Shown here: positions 1 through 7,536 of the stretch, one piece after another | Numbering within the stretch: the first letter of the stretch is position 1 | Layout: each line of letters starts with the position of its first letter | DNA from: Ignicoccus hospitalis KIN4/I | Lineage (GTDB): Archaea; Thermoproteota; Thermoprotei_A; Sulfolobales; Ignicoccaceae | Direction: 5' to 3' | Assembly: GCF_000017945.1 (NCBI RefSeq) | Contig: NC_009776.1 | Location: forward strand, 270,001 to 302,000 | Length of the DNA stretch: 32,000 bases | Program-made: the position numbers and the translations under genes | Notes under the pieces: model-generated | Databases searched by the model: none | The model's input: only the letters and a program-made list of their open reading frames with translations | What the model was told of the DNA's origin: nothing

Positions 1-1210
1 AGGTCGAGAGCAACAGCGCCGCCGCCTCCGCGGACAGTATTACCCTCCACCCCGCCTCGTTGAGGAAGACCAGCGGCATGGCTACTAGCATCACTACGAG
101 CAGCGGGTACAGCACCGGGTGGAAGTAGTTTATCCCGGAGGACTGCTGGGGTATGCTGGCCTCCCTGCCCATTATCACTAGCAACGAAGGCACGAAGAGA
201 GTAGCGTAAACGAATAAGGCAGCTACCAACAGTGAGGAGAACGCCAGCGCGGTGCCGACGTAATAAGGCTCCTTCTGCTCTACGACCCTTTTGACTATTC
301 CTACGAACTCCTTGTAGTTGTCACTTATCTCCTTAACCCACCAAAGGAAGGTGGCTACGGCGGTGAAGAAGAGTACCGCGGACCCCAAGTTGGCTCCGGC
401 GAAGCTGTGCAGGGGGCTGAGGCCGGTCCTAGTGACGAACATCGCTTGGTATACCGAGGAGGTGACCAGCGGCGAGTAGGCCAGCGCCGCCCGGAACGCC
501 AGGGGGAACAAGTGGGGGAGCACGGTGGCCGTCAGCCAGACGGAGAGCTCGCTGGTCTCCACCGGGTCCCAAGCCCAGTAGCCTCCCCACCCGAAGGTCT
601 CGTAGCTCCAATAGGCCCCTAGAGCTATGCCTATGGTCAGCAGCGCCCAGCCGACGTTGTAGGTCACCCTAGCCCTAGAGTGGCCCAAGGCAAGTGCGAC
701 CGCGGAGATGGCCAACAGCGCGTAGCCGGCGAAGGTGGTCAGCGGGTGGGGGTAGAGCCACGGGCTCTTGAGCAAGGGGTTGAGGCCCGCGCCCGTAACG
801 GGGTTCCCGGGGATCAAGGCGAACGCGTCGTTCATGTATGCTGCGAACAAGCCCACTAAGACCAGAGGTATCGCTATGAGTAAGAAGGCCCTCCCGGCCC
901 TCCTGCTCCACCACAAGGCTATGGTCGCTATGAAGGTGTATAGGAACAAGCTGCCCCCGCCGCCGGACCAAGAGGTGGCGACCCTCATCCAGAGGGGCAG
1001 CCCCTCGCTGGAGTTCCAGTAGACCTCGTGTAAGCTGAAGTCCAAGGTGACGAAGGGTATTACGTAAAGCACCCACGCTACGGTCATTACTAAAGTTCCT
1101 AAATTGACGAACTTAATTGCCTTCTCCTCTTGCTTCTTGAGCGCGTAGTACCAAGCGACCGCGAGCAGCGCAGCCGAAACTAAGGGAGGGTATCCGGTCC
1201 AGTGTAACAA
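1..1210 (-). CDS. ccmF: Cytochrome c-type biogenesis protein CcmF/heme lyase family; the 3' end lies beyond the window edge
   Basis: The reverse-strand frame is open from position 1 up to a TTG at 1210, with an in-frame TAA just upstream at 1214-1216. It is absent from the ORF track because it runs off the window. My translation contains the Trp-rich WWD heme-handling motif GWGGYWAWDPVETSE, plus VATSWSGGGGSLFLY and LNPLLKSPWLYPHPLTTFAGYA. These parallel the E. coli CcmF segments VAATWGAHEGSLLLW and LNPLLQDP..HPP. The protein has many hydrophobic helices. Confidence 0.8.
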   Translation of the reverse strand, partial: MLHWTGYPPLVSAALLAVAWYYALKKQEEKAIKFVNLGTLVMTVAWVLYVIPFVTLDFSLHEVYWNSSEGLPLWMRVATSWSGGGGSLFLYTFIATIALWWSRRAGRAFLLIAIPLVLVGLFAAYMNDAFALIPGNPVTGAGLNPLLKSPWLYPHPLTTFAGYALLAISAVALALGHSRARVTYNVGWALLTIGIALGAYWSYETFGWGGYWAWDPVETSELSVWLTATVLPHLFPLAFRAALAYSPLVTSSVYQAMFVTRTGLSPLHSFAGANLGSAVLFFTAVATFLWWVKEISDNYKEFVGIVKRVVEQKEPYYVGTALAFSSLLVAALFVYATLFVPSLLVIMGREASIPQQSSGINYFHPVLYPLLVVMLVAMPLVFLNEAGWRVILSAEAAALLLST

Positions 1211-1267
1211 ACCTTAGAACCCCTGCGGGACTCGAACCGACGGTAATAATTGTCGCATTTCGAGCTA

Positions 1268-2434
1268 CTAGCCCCCGGCTAGGAGCTTCGCCAGCCGCGC
1301 GTAACGCCCCACGAACTCCACGACCTCACTTATCTTTATCTTCTCATTGGGCGTGTGGGACTCTCTGTGGTCGCCGGGCCCCCAAGTGACGACGTCGTAT
1401 CCCCTATAGTACCTCATGTCGGAGGCCGCCTTGTGGACCTTCAGCGGCTCGCCCCACACCTCGTTTATCAGTTTGGCCAGCTCGCTGTTCTCGTTCAATA
1501 TTCCAGGCTCTAGGAGCTTTACCTCTACCTTCGCCCTATCCCCTATTACTTCCTTTACGAACTCCACGACCTCGCGCTCGTCCTCCTCCGGGATCACCCT
1601 CACGTCCACGCTGAAAACGAAAGAACCGGGCACCACGTTCTCCTTGTTTGATGTGGAGTACGCCACTCCACCTATGTTGAATGCGTTAAACTTCGTCAGC
1701 GGATGTTCCGGCGAGTATTCGTACTTGCTGTACCTCTTGGAAAACTTGTCCGTGAGGGCCCTATTGAGCTCCAATACCAAAGCAGAAGCCTTCACAAAGG
1801 CATTTTCCCCCATCCAGGGTGTGGAAGCGTGCACTTGCTTCCCCGGCACTTCCACTCTCAGCCAAACCACCCCCTTGTGGCCTATCCACACGTTGTGGTC
1901 CGTGGGCTCGGCCACTACGACCCTCCTCGGGATCTCGTACTTCTCCTTCAGTTTGCTCACCCTGTACCCGGTCCCGCACCTCCCCCCAACTTCCTCGTCC
2001 GGCACGAAGACCGCTTGCACCTTGTTACCCTTCCAGTTCGAGAGCTCCGCGAGGGAAGCAGCAACTGCCGCCACACCCCCCTTCATGTCCGTGGCCCCCC
2101 GTCCCACCAAGTACTCGCCCACCACCTTGGGCTCGAAGGGGTTCCCCTCCCACCCGTCGCCGGGAGGGACCACGTCGTAATGGCCGTTGAACTCGAGTAA
2201 GGGCTCCCCCTCGCCCACCCAAGCGAAGAGCAAGGGCTTGGGGCCTTGGGGGCAGTGGGAGCTCCTATACTCGTCGTCCACGTACTCAACCTTAGCGCTG
2301 ACTCCCCTCTCCTCCAGCCAGCCCTTGAGGAAGTGGACCAAGTCCTCGTACTGCTTGCCTTCGGGGGAGACGGTGTCGAAGGAGATGAGTTGGGAGAGGA
2401 GGTCCAAGACCTCTTGGGGGGACAAAGAGGGCAC
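1268..2434 (-). CDS. M20 family metallopeptidase (ArgE/DapE/LysK-type deacylase)
   Basis: 388-aa ORF with a GTG start. It carries the motifs GHYDVVPPGDGW, GRGATDMKGG and VFVPDEEVGG, which are typical of acetylornithine deacetylase and succinyl-DAP desuccinylase family enzymes. Confidence 0.8.
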   Translation of the reverse strand: MPSLSPQEVLDLLSQLISFDTVSPEGKQYEDLVHFLKGWLEERGVSAKVEYVDDEYRSSHCPQGPKPLLFAWVGEGEPLLEFNGHYDVVPPGDGWEGNPFEPKVVGEYLVGRGATDMKGGVAAVAASLAELSNWKGNKVQAVFVPDEEVGGRCGTGYRVSKLKEKYEIPRRVVVAEPTDHNVWIGHKGVVWLRVEVPGKQVHASTPWMGENAFVKASALVLELNRALTDKFSKRYSKYEYSPEHPLTKFNAFNIGGVAYSTSNKENVVPGSFVFSVDVRVIPEEDEREVVEFVKEVIGDRAKVEVKLLEPGILNENSELAKLINEVWGEPLKVHKAASDMRYYRGYDVVTWGPGDHRESHTPNEKIKISEVVEFVGRYARLAKLLAGG

Positions 2435-2548
2435 CGGGTCTCTAGTAAGGGCTCGGAGGTGATAAGCTATTTCCGCCTCCGTAAGGAGTTCGAGGGGAGA
2501 GCGTCCACATCATAACCCCTAGTTCCGAACCCTTGGGGGCTTGGAAGC

Positions 2549-4015
2549 TTGAGCATGAGGCTAGGAGGCCCGGGGCGGCTGGACTTCAAGAAGTTTAAAG
2601 AAGAGAAGAGGGCCGGAACCGCGCTCTTGATCTTGGCCCTCGTCGGGAGCGCCGTCGCAGCCGGCTTGGTGTGGTACGAGTCGTACGTGAGTAACAACTA
2701 CGTCTCTACGGAAGCTTACACGATATACAACGTCCCGGCCTTCGAGAAGCTCCTAAAGGAGAACAAGTACGTGGCGGTGATGTTTAGGAGCCTAACTTGT
2801 CCGCACTGTGAGAAGATGTTGCCCTACTGGCTCAAGCTCGAGATGAGCCAAGGGAAAGTAAGGTTCGTCGACGTGGTTTACGGTACCAACACCGCCACCT
2901 TGTTCCAGAGGTACAAGGTAGAGGGGACGCCTACTTTCATACTCTTCAAGGACGGGAAGCCCGTGGCGAGACACGAGGGCGAGTTCATAGCGGAGAACGT
3001 GACGGAGGCGATGCTCAACTGGGCCCTCAGCGCCGTCGGCACCCCCGTCTTGGCGGGCTACCAGACCTACTTGGCCAAGTGCTCCGTGTGCCACGGCGCC
3101 CCGGCCTCGACCTCGAGGGAGGACTTGCTCGAGTGGGCCAAGAGCGAGAGGAACGGCATAGGGAGGCTCTTGTTAGAGGCCTACCGGAAGAGGGTGACCC
3201 TCGAGGAGCTCTTGGGGAGCGAGGACGCCATTAAGGAGAGGATATGGGGCATGGCGAGGAGGAACAACGTCCCCCTGGACCAGAAGACCGTGGACGAGAC
3301 CGCCAAGTTCTTGCAAGCGGTCAGCGAGGTGTTGATAGGGAAGAAAGAGGTAAACGCAGCGTCGATGTCCGCGGGGACTACTGAAATACCGTCTAGCGGC
3401 TCGGCCGCGCCGGCGCTGATGTTCTTGGTCGGCCTGGCCGCCGGGGTCGGGGCGGCCGTCTCCCCTTGTAACTTCCCGCTGTTCGTGACTTACGTGACTA
3501 GGGGCTTGAGGGAGAGGAGGTCCTCCGCCCTCTCGGCCGTAAGCTGCGCGGCGGCCGCTGCCGTGGGTGTGGCCTTCCTCGGGGCACTGTTCTTGGCCTT
3601 CTCCACCGCCGCCTTGGAGCTGCAGAAGTTCTTGATACCCGTTGTAGGGACCGTAATAGTCGCTATAAGCGCGGCGAGCTTGCTGAAGGTGCCTATAAGC
3701 TTCAGCGCAGGCTCGCTGGGCAAGACCGGAGGGAAGGCGTTCTGCTTCATTTACGGCTTCTTGTCGGTACAGTGCAACTTGCCCTTGGTCATAGGGGCGT
3801 TGTTGCTCATAGCCAGCGGCGGGGGCTTCCAGACGCTGGCGGGCTTCGCCTTAGGCGTTGCGGCCCCGCTCTTCGCGGTCAGCTGGGCCGGGCCGAGGGT
3901 CAGGGGGCTGGCGGAGAAGATAGTGAGGAACAGCGAGAGGATAGAGCTGATAACCAACGCCTTCATGCTCGCAGCCGGAATATACTTGCTGTTCTACGGC
4001 GCGACCCTCATGTAG
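2549..4015 (+). CDS. Membrane-anchored thioredoxin domain, monoheme cytochrome c-like domain and CcdA/DsbD-type thiol:disulfide transporter, fused in one protein
   Basis: 488-aa ORF with an N-terminal TM helix (ALLILALVGSAVAAGLVWY). The Trx motif CPHC is at 2798-2809 and a CXXCH heme-attachment motif (CSVCH) is at 3080-3094, with a downstream Met (IWGMARRNNVP). The C-terminal polytopic domain has the two CcdA signature cysteines, SPCNFP (Cys at 3467-3469) and QCNLP (Cys at 3773-3775). Confidence 0.75.
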   Translation: MSMRLGGPGRLDFKKFKEEKRAGTALLILALVGSAVAAGLVWYESYVSNNYVSTEAYTIYNVPAFEKLLKENKYVAVMFRSLTCPHCEKMLPYWLKLEMSQGKVRFVDVVYGTNTATLFQRYKVEGTPTFILFKDGKPVARHEGEFIAENVTEAMLNWALSAVGTPVLAGYQTYLAKCSVCHGAPASTSREDLLEWAKSERNGIGRLLLEAYRKRVTLEELLGSEDAIKERIWGMARRNNVPLDQKTVDETAKFLQAVSEVLIGKKEVNAASMSAGTTEIPSSGSAAPALMFLVGLAAGVGAAVSPCNFPLFVTYVTRGLRERRSSALSAVSCAAAAAVGVAFLGALFLAFSTAALELQKFLIPVVGTVIVAISAASLLKVPISFSAGSLGKTGGKAFCFIYGFLSVQCNLPLVIGALLLIASGGGFQTLAGFALGVAAPLFAVSWAGPRVRGLAEKIVRNSERIELITNAFMLAAGIYLLFYGATLM

Positions 4016-4761
4016 AACGAAGCCGGCGTAAACGCCCTCGCGACCTTGTAGACCTTTTTGACCTCCTCCAAGACCTCGTCTGCGTAAGCTCCCTCCACGA
4101 AGAGTACGCCCGCGGACTTCTTCACGTAACCCCCCATTACCCCCGGCAACTTCAAGAGCCTCGGCTCCACAAACTTCAAGAAGCCGACCCTTGCGGAGAA
4201 GGCCTCCGCGGCCTCCAAGAAGGAGTAGAAGTCGAACCCGTCCAACAAGGCCTTCCAAGCGTCCTCGAAAGCTTCCCTCACGTCCAGTGAGGAGAGCATG
4301 CTCGGGGTGTCCGCGAAGAGGCCCTTCACGGTGAAGCCCACCACGAAGACTTTTCGGGGAACCTCCAAGCTCTCCACCCTCCCCCACCCCGGCCCCCCGG
4401 CCTCTGTCCTGACCGCAACTCCCCTCCCGTAGGCTATCGCCATCACGTCGCCCAGCCCGGTCTTGTTCAAGACCTCCGCCACGTGGGCCCTCGCAGCTGC
4501 CTCCACGAAGCTCTTGTACTTGAATATCGCCGAGGCCAAGGCTATGGCAGCGGAGGTGGCGAACCCCTTCCCCACGGGCACCGGGAGCTTGCACCTAACC
4601 TCCCCCAAGGCCGTGGGCACCGGGGGCCGCGGGCCTCCGGGGGAGCAGACCGCCCCGGGCTTGAGCAGCACCCCGGCCCCCAAGGAGCCCGTGCTTATGG
4701 CTGACCTCCTCCAGACGGGCCTCCAGAGGCCGCTGACGTGGAGGGGCACCTCTACGATCAA
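3994..4761 (-). CDS. GHMP-superfamily kinase, possibly archaeal pantoate kinase (COG1829-like)
   Basis: 255-aa ORF. The N-terminal PLHVSGLW resembles the P.H.TGFF start of pantoate kinases. A GHMP motif II-like PVGKGFATSAAIALA is present. The product assignment is tentative. Confidence 0.45.
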   Translation of the reverse strand: MIVEVPLHVSGLWRPVWRRSAISTGSLGAGVLLKPGAVCSPGGPRPPVPTALGEVRCKLPVPVGKGFATSAAIALASAIFKYKSFVEAAARAHVAEVLNKTGLGDVMAIAYGRGVAVRTEAGGPGWGRVESLEVPRKVFVVGFTVKGLFADTPSMLSSLDVREAFEDAWKALLDGFDFYSFLEAAEAFSARVGFLKFVEPRLLKLPGVMGGYVKKSAGVLFVEGAYADEVLEEVKKVYKVARAFTPASFYMRVAP

Positions 4762-4794
4762 GCCTTCCTCTCCCCGAGGGGTTAGCGGAAAAGC

Positions 4795-5637
4795 TCAGAA
4801 GTACTTCCAGAGGGTCAAGGGGCTGGGCTCCTCGGAGGGGCACACCTCGCCCCTCCTGACCCTCTCGAGGGCCCTTGTGAGGGGGACCGCGTCGAGGGCG
4901 ACGGTAGTTAGCAAGGAGACGAGGCCCTTCCACTTCCCGAACTCGTAGTACCTCTCCAACCCGCCGTAGGCCTCCTCGTAAACAGCCTTCAGCCACCGGT
5001 CGAGTACGGGGGCGGAGTAGTCGCGGCACGCGAACAGCTTGACCAAGCCCAGCGTGTAGTCCCCGACGCCCTTCACCCCCTTCAAGGAGTCCACGTTAGA
5101 GCAAGTGAGCGGCCGCTCCCTCAAGGCCTCTTTGAGGGCCGTCACGAACTTTGCTCTGTAGCCGAAGCCCGCCGCCTTGAGCGCCCGCTCGTCCACCTCC
5201 TCCGGCCGCGGGAACCTCAAGTACTCCTTCCCGAACACGTTAATCCTCTTAGAGGCGATGATGTGAAGCTTGTAGAGGCTCGACCACGCTTGCTTGAAGC
5301 TCGCGTTCTGTTGCGCTATGCCCACCACCGCGGCCTCCCAGATGCCGAGGGCCCGCGGCCTCAGGCCCCAGTACCTCTCCGCCACGCACCCCAGCAGCGG
5401 GTCCCCCTTCAAGGCCTCGTAGAGCTCGTCCAAGTCCTCGTGGAGGCCCAAGGCCTTGGAAGCGACCTCGGGGTCGCCGTGGAGCTCGTCCGGGGGACAG
5501 AACTTGAAGGGCCTCCCGTCGAGCTCCCCGTAGCCGCACCTCCCGTCGAACTGCCAGCTGAAGGCGTAGAGCGCGAGGGACTCCTTGGGGTACCTCAAGC
5601 CTCCCCCCAGCACTCCGGGACCAGCTCTACCCTCCAA
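4795..5637 (-). CDS. HhH-GPD superfamily DNA glycosylase (AlkA/Ogg-like)
   Basis: 280-aa ORF with IAQQNASFKQAW (helix typical of AlkA/Ogg), the helix-hairpin-helix LKGVKGVGDYTLGLV and a downstream Asp (PVLDRW). The start is uncertain because the ORF overlaps the upstream gene end by about 43 nt. Confidence 0.7.
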   Translation of the reverse strand: MEGRAGPGVLGGGLRYPKESLALYAFSWQFDGRCGYGELDGRPFKFCPPDELHGDPEVASKALGLHEDLDELYEALKGDPLLGCVAERYWGLRPRALGIWEAAVVGIAQQNASFKQAWSSLYKLHIIASKRINVFGKEYLRFPRPEEVDERALKAAGFGYRAKFVTALKEALRERPLTCSNVDSLKGVKGVGDYTLGLVKLFACRDYSAPVLDRWLKAVYEEAYGGLERYYEFGKWKGLVSLLTTVALDAVPLTRALERVRRGEVCPSEEPSPLTLWKYF

Positions 5638-6566
5638 ACCCGCTTGCCCGGGGAGTAGTCCAACACGCCCTTCTTCTTACAGCCCGGGTACTTCCTCTCC
5701 ACCTCCTCCTCAGTCCCCACCACGTAAAGCAGTATCGCCCTCTTGGCCAACCTCTTGGCCTCGTTCAAGAACTCCTCAGCCTTGTGGGGCAAGTTCATAA
5801 TCACTACGTCGAAGCTCTTATCTTTGAAGAACTTCGTGACCTCCGAGGCGTCGCCCATGATTGGTATTATAGTTCCCCTCAACTTCTTCTTGTTCAATTT
5901 GATGTTATCTATCATGAGTTTCACAGCGTTCGGGTTAAGGTCTATTGCGACTACCGTCGCTGTCCTCTTGGAGGCTATGTGTATCGGGAAGAAGCCGACG
6001 CCCGCGAACATGTCGAGCACCCTCTCCCCGTCCCTCACCGCCTCGCTCACCTCCCTGTGCTCCTCGCTGAGGGAGGGGTTGACGTAAGCCTTGGCCAAGT
6101 CCACTTTGAAGATTAATCCATACTCCTTGTACAAGGTCTCCGTCCTCTTCTCCCCGCCCAAGTGGACCAGCTTAGCTACTCTGTGCTCCCCTTCAGTGCC
6201 CAGCTTGGCCCAGAGGGACTTGACCCTCTTCTGCGAGGCCTTTATACACTCCCAGAGCTCCTTGGAGTACTTCAACAACTCCTCGTCCTTCAACGAAATC
6301 ACTGCCAGGTCGCCCACCACGCTGAAGGACCGCGGCCAGTCGCCCTTCCCTAACCTCTCCTCCAAACACTCCTTCAAGCTCTTCGGCCTCTCCCTCCTCT
6401 CGAGCTCGATCTCCACGACCTCGTAGCCCTCCACGGGTGCCTTCACCGGTATGAGCACCTTGTCGCCCACTTCCTTTATCTTGTAGTTTTGGTCAACGAC
6501 GTTCTTCCTTCTGAGCTCCTCTAGGACCCTTTGCGCCTCCCCCTTCGGCACCGCCACCGCCAGCAA
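5595..6566 (-). CDS. tRNA (guanine37-N1)-methyltransferase Trm5 / Taw2 family (Met-10+ like)
   Basis: 323-aa ORF. FSVVGDLAVISL, the SAM-binding VLDMFAGVGFFPI, AIDLNPNAV and the catalytic-loop-like MNLPH match Trm5/Taw2 class I methyltransferases. Confidence 0.75.
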   Translation of the reverse strand: MLAVAVPKGEAQRVLEELRRKNVVDQNYKIKEVGDKVLIPVKAPVEGYEVVEIELERRERPKSLKECLEERLGKGDWPRSFSVVGDLAVISLKDEELLKYSKELWECIKASQKRVKSLWAKLGTEGEHRVAKLVHLGGEKRTETLYKEYGLIFKVDLAKAYVNPSLSEEHREVSEAVRDGERVLDMFAGVGFFPIHIASKRTATVVAIDLNPNAVKLMIDNIKLNKKKLRGTIIPIMGDASEVTKFFKDKSFDVVIMNLPHKAEEFLNEAKRLAKRAILLYVVGTEEEVERKYPGCKKKGVLDYSPGKRVWRVELVPECWGEA

Positions 6567-7536
6567 GCCCGCCCCCGGGGAGCTCGAAGGTTGAGAGCAA
6601 TAGCGTTGAGTAGGCTAGGAGGAAGAGCGCGTAGGCCAAGTGCCTCTGGTGGGGCCAGACGGTTGCGGAGAGCAACGCCAGCGGGAGGGGGAGCTTGCAG
6701 TACCTCCTCCTATTAGGCACCTTGAGGATGATAGGAACCATCATAGGGAAGTGAATGAATATGTGGAGCGCGACGAAGCCTAAGAGGGAAGCGTGCAAGG
6801 AGGTCAGCGGTTCCTTCGCTAACAACGGCAAGAAGGAAGAGGGGATTACGAGGGCGTGTCCCCACCAGAAGTACTCTTGGGCCCTCCTCGCCACCCCTTC
6901 GAGCCCCTTCACCTTCTTGTAGTACTTAGGGAGGTTGTAGAACTTGGCAGCCACCAAGTATACCAAAGGGGAGAAGAAGCCCAAGGCGTAGGAGGGGTGG
7001 GGGTAGGCGAGGAGCGCGAGCGAGAGGGCGGAGCTGGCGAAGGCCAAGGGCCAGTTCGCCTCCTCGCCGAAGGTCTTCGGGAAGGACTGGCACGAGACCG
7101 CGTATATCAGAGCGAAGGGGTAGGCCAAGAGCCTTACGGCGTCCGTTACTGGGTCTGCAGAGGTTATTGAATATATTGTCAAAGCGAAGTACGATATCGC
7201 CACCGCTTGGAGGGACCTCCTAAAGGCCCCCTTCCACTTGGAAGAGGAGGAGAGCGCCCAGAGGGCGACGTGGAGCGCGGGCGCTGCTAAGTAGTGCTTC
7301 AGCCCGTCGTACCAGAACGGGAGCGCTAGGAGCGGGGCGTTGAGGGGCAGAAGCTCCCTCCTCTCCCCCTTGCTCAGGCTCGCCACGTAAGCGAGGGCCA
7401 CCCCGTGGGGGAAGGTTACCACCGCAGCCCTCATGAAGTCTATATGCAGCTTGGGGAAGACGGGGGCTAAGGTCAAGGCTACGGTAAAGGTCGCCAGCGA
7501 GTAGGCCACTAAGACCTTGGCGATCAAAGGTTCCAT
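6493..7536 (-). CDS. Polytopic integral membrane protein of unknown function
   Basis: 347-aa ORF that is hydrophobic throughout (roughly 9-10 predicted helices by eye). I recognise no family motif. The Gly-rich C-terminal tail overlaps the Trm5 start by 74 nt. Confidence 0.5.
   Translation of the reverse strand: MEPLIAKVLVAYSLATFTVALTLAPVFPKLHIDFMRAAVVTFPHGVALAYVASLSKGERRELLPLNAPLLALPFWYDGLKHYLAAPALHVALWALSSSSKWKGAFRRSLQAVAISYFALTIYSITSADPVTDAVRLLAYPFALIYAVSCQSFPKTFGEEANWPLAFASSALSLALLAYPHPSYALGFFSPLVYLVAAKFYNLPKYYKKVKGLEGVARRAQEYFWWGHALVIPSSFLPLLAKEPLTSLHASLLGFVALHIFIHFPMMVPIILKVPNRRRYCKLPLPLALLSATVWPHQRHLAYALFLLAYSTLLLSTFELPGGGLAGGGGAEGGGAKGPRGAQKEERR

Noticed and set aside
1416-2180. Ser/Thr-rich antisense ORFs of 254 aa (1416-2180, +) and 217 aa (7621-8274, -).
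   Set aside because: These are shadow ORFs opposite the M20 peptidase and the 447-aa hypothetical gene. They show compositional bias (S/T/P) and no motifs.
2450-2490. Hairpin CGGAGG-N16-CCTCCG in the divergent promoter region between the M20 peptidase and the Trx-CcdA fusion. A similar hairpin, CTCATT-N14-AATGAG, lies at about 24050-24076 upstream of purE.
   Set aside because: These are 6-bp stems with large loops in promoter regions, which are weak and expected by chance. There is no conservation evidence.
3851-4594. Long Arg/Gly/Pro-rich ORFs overlapping real genes in other frames or strands. Examples are 3851-4594(-), 3772-4290(+), 4595-5029(-), 5263-5658(+), 9982-10554(-), 12245-12805(-), 21770-22129(-) and 31076-31624(+).
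   Set aside because: The low-complexity R/G/P/E composition is typical of off-frame readings of GC-rich coding DNA. Each is fully covered by a gene with clear family motifs.
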